From Psammoneis japonica (Eukaryota): a stretch of DNA of 64,000 nt. The notes below the pieces were generated by a model. It had not been told where the DNA came from and did not search any database. It saw only the letters and a program-made list of their open reading frames with translations. This document shows, piece after piece, positions 47,773 to 58,933 of the stretch. Position 1 is the first letter of the stretch. Each line of letters begins with the position of its first letter. The stretch covers positions 248,001 to 312,000 of the forward strand of contig QPGO01000025.1 of assembly GCA_008632985.1 (NCBI GenBank), written 5' to 3'. The position numbers were made by a program, and so were the translations under genes.

Positions 47773-49322
47773 CTACAAATTGCTAAACACTTGGCAAAAA
47801 CGCGCGTAAACCGCCTTCGTTCGCTTCTGAAGGGAAAATTTCCATTCGTTGCGATTTTGTACCAGAGCCACGTAGAAATTTACAGCGCTACGTCTTGCTG
47901 CTTTCCGACTCCCGCCTCCGACCTCCGACGAAGACACGGTGAAGCACGAGGATGTATCCGACAATGGCGGTGCCCATTGTCATCGATTCTGCCAATTTTC
48001 ACACTCTCCCGTGTTTCATTTAACTCTAAACATTAATGAAAGAGAGCTTTGGTGCTTTGCATTTTTTCCATTGGCGGCTTCACTCACATTTGTTCTCCGT
48101 CTGCACCATTTTGATGTCCCAGCTGGCGTGACGCGGAGTTTTTGCTTCTATTCAGGAGCATTGCGGCTTAAGTTGTCGTTCATCAACCAACACTGGTGAA
48201 ATTCGTTCGATCATTGAATGCCTGGTGTTGCTGTGTGCACATTTGAGGCAATGGGAGGGCAAGAAATGGCTCGTGCAAGAGCGCATGACGCATCATGTTG
48301 CTTGACAGATGCAACAGATGGCAGAGTTGGATGTGATTAATGAAGAGGTTGAATTTATGGTGCACAAGAGGGCAAACATCAACTTCTCTCTGTTGGCGGA
48401 GGGAGTGACTCGCTTGCAGCCAATTTTAGATCAGATCCCGCGCTGCTCCAGGTTGTTTGTTCAACACTGCTCTAGATTCAATGCTGCTCTCTAGAGGTTG
48501 TTTGTTCAATGCCACTCTAGACAAGACACTGCTCTGGGTTCTTTGTTCAACACTGCTCTAGATTCGACACTTGTCCAGGTTCTTTGTTCAACACCACTCT
48601 GCCAGATTCGACGCTGCTCTGGCATCAATGCAGTCGGATCATGCAGCAGCATTGTTGATTCTAGATTGTCTGTTTTTTTTCTACATCACTGGTGTCCATC
48701 CCAATGAAGATCCACACACAATGGCACAGTGCAAATGCCGTCTCCTCTTTGGGCTTGGTCGGTCTACGAGACCAGGGCTTTCCTCCGGGTGCGCGACATG
48801 GTGCGCCATTCCTCTTGCAGTTTTCAAACTCCTGGACCGAAGCTTGCCATTTGTCAAGCTTCTCCTCATTCCTCTCTGCAATGTCTCGATTTTTGTTTGG
48901 CTCATCCACAGAAAAATGCCCACATCTAATGCATTGACGGTGCCCCTCGTCGTCCGGTGGGCATCCGCCGACCAGAAACTTCCTGTCGCGCTCTTCGGCA
49001 CACCGCACCACAACTCGGTTCCCTCAGCTCGTCGAGTGTTTTGTCCCTCGTGGGACCATCTGCATCGTCATGCTCAACAGCATCATGTGGAGTTTCGGCG
49101 TTTGATTCCCGTGCACGGACACGGTTGTGCACAGCGTTTGTTTGCCATGGTTGAAGAGTGCGAGCGGTGTCATCTGTGTTGTTTCCAAAAAATCAACGCG
49201 CGGGAAGATTGTGCACTTTTCTACGTAGGCTGGTACAATCGAGCAACGAAGAGAAATTTTCCCTTCAGAGGCGAACGAAGGAGCTTTACGCGCGTTTTTG
49301 CCAAGTGTTTAGCAATTTGTAG
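47773..49322. mobile_element. Non-autonomous DNA transposon with about 110-bp imperfect TIRs, flanked by TA
   Basis: TA|CTACAAATTGCTAAACACTTGGCAAAAACGCGCGTAAA at 47771 and its reverse complement ending at 49324; internal ~30-bp sub-repeats (ttgttcaacactgctctaga) at 48450-48620. Confidence 0.85.
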
Positions 49323-49424
49323 TATCCTCCACATTTTTTTTATTTCTCTCTTGTTGGCTTGCTGTTGGTCGTCGCTGTCTTCTTGTTCGTGTTGTCCAAG
49401 CTTGACCACTGTGCTTTTATCACC

Positions 49425-51399
49425 ATGAGAAAGCTGACGACTATAAAGACATATGCGTGGGTGTTGCTCTCGCTGACATTCCTGAAATTTTTGAATGGAT
49501 CTCTTGGCTTTCATCCAGTTTCACCGCAAAGAAGTGTGTCCCCGTACTTTCCCGTGAAAAACAGCCGTGCTCGCCGCTGTGCGTCTATTGTTTCGTCGAG
49601 GAGCAGTCATCAGTCATTACGAATTTATAGTTCTGCTTTTCCTGAAGGAGATGATTCGCCCAACAAGAAAAACTGGAAAAAGAATCCTCTTGTAGTGGTG
49701 AAGAAAGTTGTGGCGCGGTTCACTGCAACGTGGGTTTTGCTTGCCGCCAGATTTCAGGCGCTTTCCAAAAAGGCAAAGTTCCTGGTTGCCACGCAACTCT
49801 TGGCGTTGACTCTCCTCCTGGGTGCTGGCGCAAAGCAAGTAGTGACAAATGTGGCTGGACCGACTGTTTCCAATAACGCTCCGATTGAAATTCCCTTTAG
49901 TACCTTTATGGACTTGTGCGAAAACAAGGAGACCAAACCCAAGCCCAATGAGCCTGCAGTGCAAATTGGAAGTGTTGTCGTTGATGCTGAGAAAATTGGA
50001 TACCGCGTTGTAAAGCTAGAAACAGAAGAGCAACGTATCGCATTCGAAAAAGTGAAAAAGGGAGAAAGCACAGATGTTGAAATACCGCAGCGTCAGGCTT
50101 ATACGAGAAAAGTATCTGCCAGTCCTGAACTGATATCGTTTCTTCGAGAGAACGAGATACCCTTTCAAGCTGCCTCAAAGAGCGGGAGAAATGCGGCTTA
50201 TCTAGCGATTCGTAGTTTCATCTTGACATTTTACTTGCTGATTATGTTTCGCATGTACCGTACGATGAATGGAGGTGGCGGCTCTTCGGGAGCTCCCGGA
50301 AAGCTTGCAAGCAGCGAATTGCCACTGGCCAAATTTGACGATATTGAAGGAATCGACAATGCCAAGTTTGAAGTAATGGAACTGGTTGATACATTGAGAA
50401 ATCCTGGTAAATATTCCATACTTGGTGCTCGGGCACCCACAGGTCTCCTTTTAGAAGGGCCTCCCGGTACAGGTAAGTCTTTCTACTCCTCTCGAGGACT
50501 CTTTATTCTTCGTATCCCTTTTCAAAGCTCAGTAGCTGTTTCTTACCGCTTTGAATATACGGTATAGGCAAGACAATGTTGGCACGAGCTACTGCTGCTA
50601 CGGCTGGAGTTCCTTTGCTCTACTGCTCTGGCTCTGATTTCGTCGAGATGTTTGTTGGCCGGGGAGCGGCTCGTGTTCGGAAAACATTTGCTCGTGCTGC
50701 AAAGCTTTCTCCCTGTATTATTTTTATTGATGAACTCGATGCGTTGGGCAAATCGCGAGACAATGGTATGATGGGAAGCCTTCGTAGCAACGACGAAGCT
50801 GAACAAACGCTGAACCAATTGTTGGCGTGCATGGATGGATTAGACTCGTCGCGGGGAGTGTGTGTCTTGGCTGCCACCAATAGAAGAGACGTGCTTGACC
50901 CGGCTTTGATTCGTCCTGGCAGATTTGACCGAATAATTAAGGTAGAACTTCCAGATGCTAACGGCAGAGAAAGAATACTTAGAGTTCACGCAAAGAAGCT
51001 CCCGGGCTTTAAGGAAGGAAAGGGTATCGACGATAAGCGTCCAGGAAGGTAAGTTTTATCGGTTATAAGCGATGCGCATCTCAAGAAACGCCTCTTGACC
51101 CTGTTTGATTTCATACTCTGTTTTCTAGCTTGGGCAAGGGCAATGCCGTAGATTTGTCTGCAGTGGCGGCCGTCCTTCCCGGATTGAGTGGCGCTGAACT
51201 AGAATTCATTGTGAATGAAGCAGCCATTCGAGCCGTTCGTCGCGTGAGTGGCCAGTTGCGAGAAGGCAAAGACCCAAACACGATTGCTCCTTCTGTTTTG
51301 GCAGAGGACTTTGAGGATAGTGTGGCAAGCTATTACGAATCTAGACGCCCGAACGGAAAGGGAATGGGCGAGCTTCTTAGCAACGTCCTGCGAAAGTAG
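49425..51399 (+). CDS. FtsH-like membrane AAA+ ATPase lacking the M41 peptidase domain; 3 exons (49425-50472, 50568-51048, 51129-51399)
   Basis: Two TM segments, Walker A GPPGTGKT across intron 1, Walker [47 protein letters not shown]; stops without HExxH. Confidence 0.88.
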
Positions 51400-51436
51400 A
51401 GGAGTTTATAGCATTGCTCTATGCAGGTATAGACAA

Positions 51437-52114
51437 TTACTCTCTCTTCTTGCTATCGTCTTCTGCAACAGCATAGCAAGCTGAGCACAGCTGAAAGACA
51501 TTCACGATCTGTTTCACTGCGCAGCCGGGAATGCAAGCGTACAAGAGGTAGTGCACATAAGGACCCCACCATTCATCTGTCAGATGCCTCGTCATGTAGA
51601 GACAAACATACGTGTACTCGGCACCGACGCAGCAATAGCCAAAAAACAAGTACACGTCGTAGTAGAGGCGAACCAAAATATTCCTCCCAGCGTTTGTTTC
51701 TTTGGCCTTATGATGTTGCTGAAGGCTGCAGGTCGAGTACATTTGGCACCAATGACTCGCAATGTCCAAAACAGCGAGAAACAGAAAGAGCAATCGAAAG
51801 ATGGGAACGCCGCGTTCTTCGTCCACAGGCTGAAATTCTCCACCAAGAATGTATAAAAGTCCCAGCGTAGAACATCGATCTGTCACCATGTCAAGCAGAC
51901 CACCATAATTCGAGCTCTGATTAAACTTTCTAGCAGCCATTCCATCAAACAAATCGCCCACAAAGGATGCAACGTAGAGTGAAATAGCCAGGAGCCACTT
52001 TGAGGAATCGATCACCATGAGCAAAAAAGAAGAGAGTGTGCATAGCACTCGACTGTATCCAATCAAGTTGGGAATAAAAAGAAGTACGTCACCCGCAGAA
52101 CACTTGGTGACCAT
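51437..52114 (-). CDS. PIS: Phosphatidylinositol synthase (CDP-alcohol phosphatidyltransferase)
   Basis: FIPNLIGYSR, DLFDGMAARKFNQSSNYGGLLDMVTDR, LDIASHW, KQIVNVFQL. Confidence 0.93.
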   Translation of the reverse strand: MVTKCSAGDVLLFIPNLIGYSRVLCTLSSFLLMVIDSSKWLLAISLYVASFVGDLFDGMAARKFNQSSNYGGLLDMVTDRCSTLGLLYILGGEFQPVDEERGVPIFRLLFLFLAVLDIASHWCQMYSTCSLQQHHKAKETNAGRNILVRLYYDVYLFFGYCCVGAEYTYVCLYMTRHLTDEWWGPYVHYLLYACIPGCAVKQIVNVFQLCSACYAVAEDDSKKRE

Positions 52115-52656
52115 GGTGAAAGAGGGGGTCGAGGTGTTATTGTTCAGATGGCAATTCCAACGGTGGTTATTCGGATGGCAACTTCAACGGTTTTGCGGCG
52201 CTTGTGTCATGGTGAAAATGACGTCTCGACGATCGACTCCTCTCGACGAAGTTGAAAGTTGGTAACGGCTTACGGACAGACACTACATGACGTTTTGCAG
52301 CACATATGCCCAATTCACATTGTCGACAACTTCGCTCGCGAATAAATTGGACCATGAAAAGCCTTTACTGATCGGATCTTGCTTGATGCTTGATGTGTCC
52401 ACGCCACGGCTTCAAATCAGCGGCAATGACGTTCGATAGCTACTAACTGTAGGGCCCTAGCGTCTATGGTCTCTCTCACAACAAGCGGTCGCGTCTCTCT
52501 GTCTCGTCTCTCTTTACATCTCTGTCTAAAATTTAGTGCAGAACGTTGAGAATTGCACAACTTCACTGATCTCTAGAGCCCAGGTCCCTGGGATATCTTC
52601 AAGGGCCTTTCTCACCAGAGCATCTTTCTTGAGTGCCGGAGCAAGCAGTTCTCAAC

Positions 52657-53874
52657 ATGGCAGCCACAGTTACTTCTTGCATTGCCTGTTGCAGTGTGGG
52701 ATGTAGCCTATGTTGCTGTATTTGTGAGCAACTCTGTGGCTGTGGTATGAGCTTTGAAGATCTCATCAAGACACCACCGACTGCAGAAGAAGTCAAGCGT
52801 TTTCTGGAGGCTCTGATTCCTAAAACGGACCCGGACGGAGAACCCGATGTCATTTGCTGTTGCTTGCCGAAATCGATCGTTTGTTGTATACCTCGCTGCT
52901 GCTGTCCTTGCGTGTTTTCCAAGCCAGATCCGGTGGCAACCGTCAAAACCCGAGATGTGATTGAAACCTCCAAGATTTCTGCAGATAGCCCTAGCTTTTT
53001 GGGTGACGAACGGGCCATGAGGTATACGGCAAGATTGTTTGAAGGCAGAGACAAATCTGAGTGTCGACTTGAGTACATGTCGGCTGGAATGGTGCTGCTG
53101 TCTGTCGGCTCGTTGAAGGAAAAGCTGTCGTCACTGTTTGAAGCCTTTAAATTTTGCGTCGGCGGGGTCTTCAACAAGGAAGCGCTGGAACGAACCTTGC
53201 GTTCCATCATGAAGACAGTCATTGATATTTCCAAGCGTGTTGCCCAGTACATTTCTGGAGCAGTACTGCCAGGAGGAAAAGCGGTCGGCGTTATGCTCAC
53301 GACTCTAAATGGAACAATTGGCTCGTACTTTGTTCAGAATCGAGTCAACAAGATGCTTGAGCGCGATCTCGATCAAGATGGCACCATTGACTATGACGAG
53401 TTTGAGGCGTGCGCCATGCAACGGGACTCCCTCATTCGCAAATCACTGGCGTGGGTGGAACGTAAAACAGCCATTATTCGTGGAGAACGCTCGGACGTGC
53501 TGATTGGAAAGATCAAAGTTGATGAGCAGGAAGTTTGGGCTCGAGTCTGCGAGACGGAAAGTGACGCGAACGAGTGTTTGGAATACTGGGAATCCGAAGA
53601 TCAAGTTGGGCAGAAGGGAACCCGCTTGGGACGTATTTCATTGCAAGAACCTTGTGCGATTGATGATGGAGAGGATGAAAGTGACAATAAGTTTACTATT
53701 GTCGATCGCAACAAGAAGCGTTGGGAAATTGAATGCTATGATAAGGAATCATTTTTTGAATGGTACGACGCTATCGATGACAAGTGCGACGCCAGGCTCG
53801 AAGAAGACGACCTCAAAGATGATGGAGTGACAGAAGGTATCTGTCCTGCCGCCGTGATGAGTATGCTGCGGTAG
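52657..53874 (+). CDS. Cys-rich N-terminus, EF-hand (NCS/calcineurin-B-like) region and PH-like domain protein
   Basis: CC clusters; GSLKEKLSSLFEAF; EF loop DLDQDGTIDYDEF; PH-like LEYWES...LGRISL...FFEWYDAI. Confidence 0.7.
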   Translation: MAATVTSCIACCSVGCSLCCCICEQLCGCGMSFEDLIKTPPTAEEVKRFLEALIPKTDPDGEPDVICCCLPKSIVCCIPRCCCPCVFSKPDPVATVKTRDVIETSKISADSPSFLGDERAMRYTARLFEGRDKSECRLEYMSAGMVLLSVGSLKEKLSSLFEAFKFCVGGVFNKEALERTLRSIMKTVIDISKRVAQYISGAVLPGGKAVGVMLTTLNGTIGSYFVQNRVNKMLERDLDQDGTIDYDEFEACAMQRDSLIRKSLAWVERKTAIIRGERSDVLIGKIKVDEQEVWARVCETESDANECLEYWESEDQVGQKGTRLGRISLQEPCAIDDGEDESDNKFTIVDRNKKRWEIECYDKESFFEWYDAIDDKCDARLEEDDLKDDGVTEGICPAAVMSMLR

Positions 53875-54025
53875 TTTCAGTTGCCGTTCTCGCCACCATT
53901 ATCTCATTGATTAACGAACGAGAATGACTAAGGGCCTTAGAATTTCTTGCAATTTCCTTTTTTCTAAAACTCAGTACAACAAAATTTACTGCGACAGAAT
54001 GCATGATCATCGGAAGAAGAACAGC

Positions 54026-54731
54026 TTAAGCAAAGGCTTCGAGCCGGGGTAGATCCGACATTTCTACAAAGGGAGTGTCCTTCCTTTCATCCTGAGTTAC
54101 TGCATCACGACGACGACGCCTGTAGTACAAGCCAGCGATTACAATGCCCAATCCAACTGCAGACATGGAAAACATGGAGGCGCTAGATGAAGAGCCAGAC
54201 GAGACGTTGTCGACATACATTTCGCAGGTTGAGACTTCTTCTGCTTCGATGTTAACCCTTACGTCGGCTGTGATCCAGTTGAACAAATCATCATCAGGAA
54301 TAGGACTGATTCATCGAACGAATACGTGTCGGCCTCTCCGCAATTTCCTTTCGAGGCTATTAGTATATCGCAAACAGGTGCCTCTATCACTTTCTCACAA
54401 TAGAAAGAAATTGACCAAAAAGTTAGACACCCTTCAGCAACGATGGTGGCTTCGCTGTCAAAAGTGTTTTCCACGTCGACTGTGCATAAGAAATACCAAA
54501 CAGTGAGCGAGGGAGATAACTCTCACAACAATTCTGAGCAATGTTAGTTTACTCACAACTCCCTGTTACTTCAAGATTGCTACCAAAGTCACATTTTTCG
54601 TCGCCACATGTCGCTTCGAACGACGACAAAGTAATTGCGTCGCAACTTGGCGTCTGAAAGGTGAAATAGGCATCAACCGGAGACACGTTGGCATGCAGAA
54701 GAGCTGCTAGGACAAGAGAAACTGACTTCAT
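54026..54731 (-). CDS. Hypothetical type I membrane protein (signal peptide, Cys-containing ectodomain, TM, RRRRR); intron 54556-54480 and one frameshift near 54305
   Basis: Three ORF pieces joined by a GT-AG intron and a 1-nt deletion. Confidence 0.65.
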
Positions 54732-55150
54732 TGGTAAAATCAACGAACGGGGTGGTGTACATAAAATGAAAATAGGTCGCGTCGTATCGTATCGTTCGTT
54801 GTTTGTTGTCATCGCCGGCCAAGATTCACCTGCGATTGATTCCAGATTTCGGGCATTTGTAGCGGCTAGTTTTGTCGATTATTATATATATCCGAGTCTT
54901 AAGCTTGTTATGCCTTTATATCGTATCCAGGCTGTATAATAAGTACGTGTGACTCCGCCATTCGTTGTTTGCTTCATGCTTCCACGTGTCATCAAAAAGA
55001 TCCGAACTCACATCTATCACACGACACGACACATCATACACGACCATCAACAACAACATACACCGGTAGAAGTCATCGTATTGTATCTCTAAAACAGCCA
55101 ACATCAACAACAAGTAACAAGTCTTTGCTATTGAATACGTAAGCACCACC

Positions 55151-56165
55151 ATGTCATCCAAAGGATCATCTCCGCCTCTCAGTCGACAGGCAATGATATA
55201 CATGTCTTTGTTAGCCCTTCAGTTTGGAGTTCAACCGGGCTTGACACAACGATTCACACCACCACCGTGGTGCGCAGCGAGGTGGTCTTGATGCAAGAAA
55301 TTGTCAAGTTTTTCCTGGCCTTTTTCATGTTACACGCCAGCGGGGGTACAAAGGAAGCCATGGAAGGGTGGTCTGTATCGAGATGGATTGCAGTAGCTAT
55401 TGTCCCGGCTGCGTTGTATACGCTTCAAAACATGTGCGCACTTGTCGCCTATCAAACTCTCGATCCTTTGACCTTTAACGTTCTCAATCAAACCAAAACA
55501 ATGTCGGCCGCTTTATGTGTATACTTGATCATGGGACGCAAGCAAAGCAAGATGCAGATTATTTCGCTAATGATTCTGTTAATGTCGGCTCTTGTTATGG
55601 AGGGAATTGTGAGTATCGGGAAGTCAAAGTGGTTGATGACGACAAGGATAGCGGGCCATCTTGGGATGGGCACCATTTCACTCACGGTGTAGCCCCGATT
55701 CTCATGGCAAGTTTTATTTCTGGATTGGCTGGTGCACTGACTCAACGAAACTTACAGAGTGTCGGTGGGGGGATGAATGCGTACTTTTTCTCCATGGAGC
55801 TGTGCGTTGGTTCCGTTATCCTTCTAGGTCTCACTCTACTCGTATCGCCAGACGGAGAGACGATTCGACAAAATGGATTGTTTAGTGGATGGACGCCAGA
55901 AATATTTATTCCAATAGTCGTCAATAGTCTAGGGGGTATCCTAGTTGGATTGGTAACAAAGCACGCCGGGTCTGTACGAAAAGGCTTTGCACTCATTTTT
56001 GGTATTTTCATATCAGGTCTAATGCAAGAATTGATGGTCGGGGATGCTGGTGTGTCAAAAGAGCAGATAACAGGTGGCATCATGGCCGCTGTTAGTCTCT
56101 GGATGCACGCAACAAACCCACCGGCTTCGAAACCGACGGCCTCAACGCAAAAAAAGACTGAATAA
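55151..56165 (+). CDS. Nucleotide-sugar transporter (SLC35A-like) with two frameshifts (about 55265 and 55620)
   Basis: VPAALYTLQN, TFNVLNQTKTMSAALC, ASFISGLAG, GGILVGLVTKHAGSVRKGF. Confidence 0.88.
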
Positions 56166-56292
56166 GAAGATGGGCAGTTGCTGAGTTCTCGCACATCAAT
56201 TTTAAGTCTAGAGTAGACGATAAGAAGCAGCCTCACACTGAAACCGAAGTATTACAAGTATATACTATGACGTTGTTCGTTCTTATTGGTAT

Positions 56293-57680
56293 TTACTTTC
56301 GTGATCGAAGCAGCATTACAGATACTGTGGCTATACCAGCAACAGCAGCAGTGAGTATCAATGCCTCTTTATGCTCGTCATACCAGGGTAGCTCTTCCTC
56401 CTCGAATTCATCATCCTTGTCAAATTCGGTGATTTGGTCCACCTCGGAAAACGATACTCTCTTGCTCATTTGAGTGGAGTTGCTCGGTGCACCGTTCTTC
56501 TCCTCGCTGACTTGACCGACACTGCGACTAGTAGTCACAGTTTCATCTTTGATATCCGCAACACTTGAGGGACTGGCATCTGAAGTAGTCGGTGTGCTCA
56601 CCTTCGTTGCCTCCGCGGTTGCTTTCTTTGTATTGTTCCCAAACATTGCCTTCGCCTGCTCCTTTTCCTTTTCTTTGCTGGCTTTCTTTTGTTGAATCAC
56701 AGTAGCATGCAGTTTCTTCAACTGTTTTTGTTGTGATAAAAGGTTCTTACCCGATGGGCAGATCTCCTCCTTGTCTTTTGTGTACTCCGCCACTAGAGTG
56801 TGTGCACTCTTGAGACATGACAAGGCCTCATTGTACTCACCCTTCTCCGTCAGGGCGCGGCCCATGATCAGGTAGCTCTTGACACGCCACTCACCAAAAA
56901 TCTTGGCATCCGAGTATCCGTCTTTGTTAAGCACGGAATGAATTTTGAGACCACGCTTCTGGTGCAGAGCGTCCAACAATACAAGTGCGTTCTTGGCAAA
57001 CTTGATTGCGTCATCCCATTTTTCCAATTGCACCGAGCACGTGGCGGCGTTGTTGCAGCAGGTAATCATTACCACCAACAAGTCGGCACGTAACTCATTG
57101 GTCGAGTGAGCATCATGCTGGACGTAACGAATCGCATCCACCGCCAAGGCATAGGCTACAAGTGCCCTGTCGTATTTTTTCTCTCCAAAGAGTGTTGACG
57201 CTTCTGCCTTTTTCGTCTGAGCAAAATCCACACGTTCATAAGCATTCATTTCTTGCAGAGTCTTTTTTCGAACCACACCGACAGAGTCCAAGCTCAAGTG
57301 ACACGTCACAGAGATCGTCCTGCAAGTCGCCATGACGTTAGTTGAACGACACAGGTACTGTTGTCCCATATCGAAACAACCCGACCTCGTCCATAGAGAC
57401 AAATCACATCGTCTCCCACCTGGGGATGGACGCTCTTGTAGTCTACAACCGAGTAGAGAGATGGCTTTCTCTGTAACTCTTTTTGAGTTGAGGATGATGG
57501 TGGTGGTGTCAAGGTATCCCAGTCCAGCAAATGAATTTCACGCATGGTTTGATTCGGCTCATGGTCTAGTTTCTTGCTTTTGACAGCGAGACCTCGTCCA
57601 TAAGGAGTCTTCACAATTCGCTGGTCCTTATCTTCTGGATGCCTATGCCAGGAATGCAAAGGCGTTGCTATAGAAGACAT
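56293..57680 (-). CDS. TPR-containing tail-anchored protein; frameshift near 57315
   Basis: TPR helices (KAEASTLFGEKKYDRALVAY, NNAATCSVQLEKWDDAIKFA, GRALTEKGEYNEA); C-terminal TM plus RSRK; N-terminal TPYGRG/LYGRG motifs. Confidence 0.75.
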
Positions 57681-57962
57681 GGCAGCGCTCTAAAAATAGA
57701 TTGAATACCAACGATGTTCTTCTCATCAAAGCATGAGATTTGGTTTTGGAAATGAGACAGGAAACTTGATGTGAGGCTTCGCACACACGCTTGTCAACGC
57801 GTTCGCGTCGTGTCAAAAAGCGCTCCTCGACGTGTCTCATAACCGGATGTGCGAGCAATTGTTGCGATCTGCTGTTGGCAATAGCAAGCACTATGTTTTC
57901 AATAGAATCAACCTAAAACTATGTAGTAGTCTACCTTGTTCTACATAGTATCCCCAAAGCCC

Positions 57963-58693
57963 TTACTCTTCTTCTTCGAAATCTTCGTTGTAAATACCGC
58001 GTCGTAAATGCTTCTTTTTCGAAATACTGATTGCATTGACATTGAAATTCTCTTTGAGTTCACCGGCGGCTCCCTCCTCTTCTTCATGTGTCGCCGTAAG
58101 TGCCCCGTGTGACGCCAATACAAGCGCCAAGGCATGTGTAGAAAACTCAAGAGTACCGCCCATTTCATCAAAGCCGCGAATGTGATGCACCACCTTGTTG
58201 TTTTGAATCAGCACCATGGTCGGCATGACGCAAATGCCCAGTTTTTCCACTAAAAAGGTCGCTTGCTCCACATTGACCTTGAGGAAACGCGTTTCTAAAT
58301 GCTTGGGTGCCAATTTTTCCAAATGACTATGAAGAATGTCGCATACATGCGCCGAGGTGGGTCGGTAGAAACAAACCACGAGCCGCTTCCGACGCCTTGG
58401 TGGCGCTGAAAAAAGCACGAGCCACGTCACGAGTATCCTGACCTTGTTCCAGTTCACTGTATACACCATGACCCGCTTGACGCCATTTTGGTTTCCTGCG
58501 CTTGCTTGGCCTTGAGCTGCTTCAAACGCTTCTCTCGCAGTTGCTCTAGCGTTTCATCGTTGGATTCGAGCAGCGCGTCGTACCGAGCCATTTCTCCAGA
58601 GATTGCATCTTCCTGAGCCTTTGTTGACGCCAACAGCGCCTTGGCTGTTGCTTCGCCAAGCACTTGATTGGCATTACCGAAACCTAAATCCAT
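57963..58693 (-). CDS. Phosducin-like / TXNDC9-type thioredoxin-fold protein; two frameshifts (about 58487 and 58387)
   Basis: LEQLREKRLKQLK, WRQAGHGVYSEL in an alternate frame, HLEKLAPKHLETRFLKVNVEQATFLVEKL, IRGFDEMGG. Confidence 0.88.
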
Positions 58694-58933
58694 TCTGATG
58701 TTATCTCTTTGGAGCACAACAGCGACAGCAACAGCGACACAAAACAATGCGACGACCTCGGAGCGGACCTACGGTATCAGTGCAATGCCGCGCAGACGGA
58801 AAACAAACCTTTCCGTTGAATCCCATCTTCTACCTTTAATAATATATGTAAATAGATACGTATGTGTCGGATGTCAATTCAGTGTACTGTACAGTACTGG
58901 CAGTATTCGTACAAAGTATGAACGTTTACAGTA

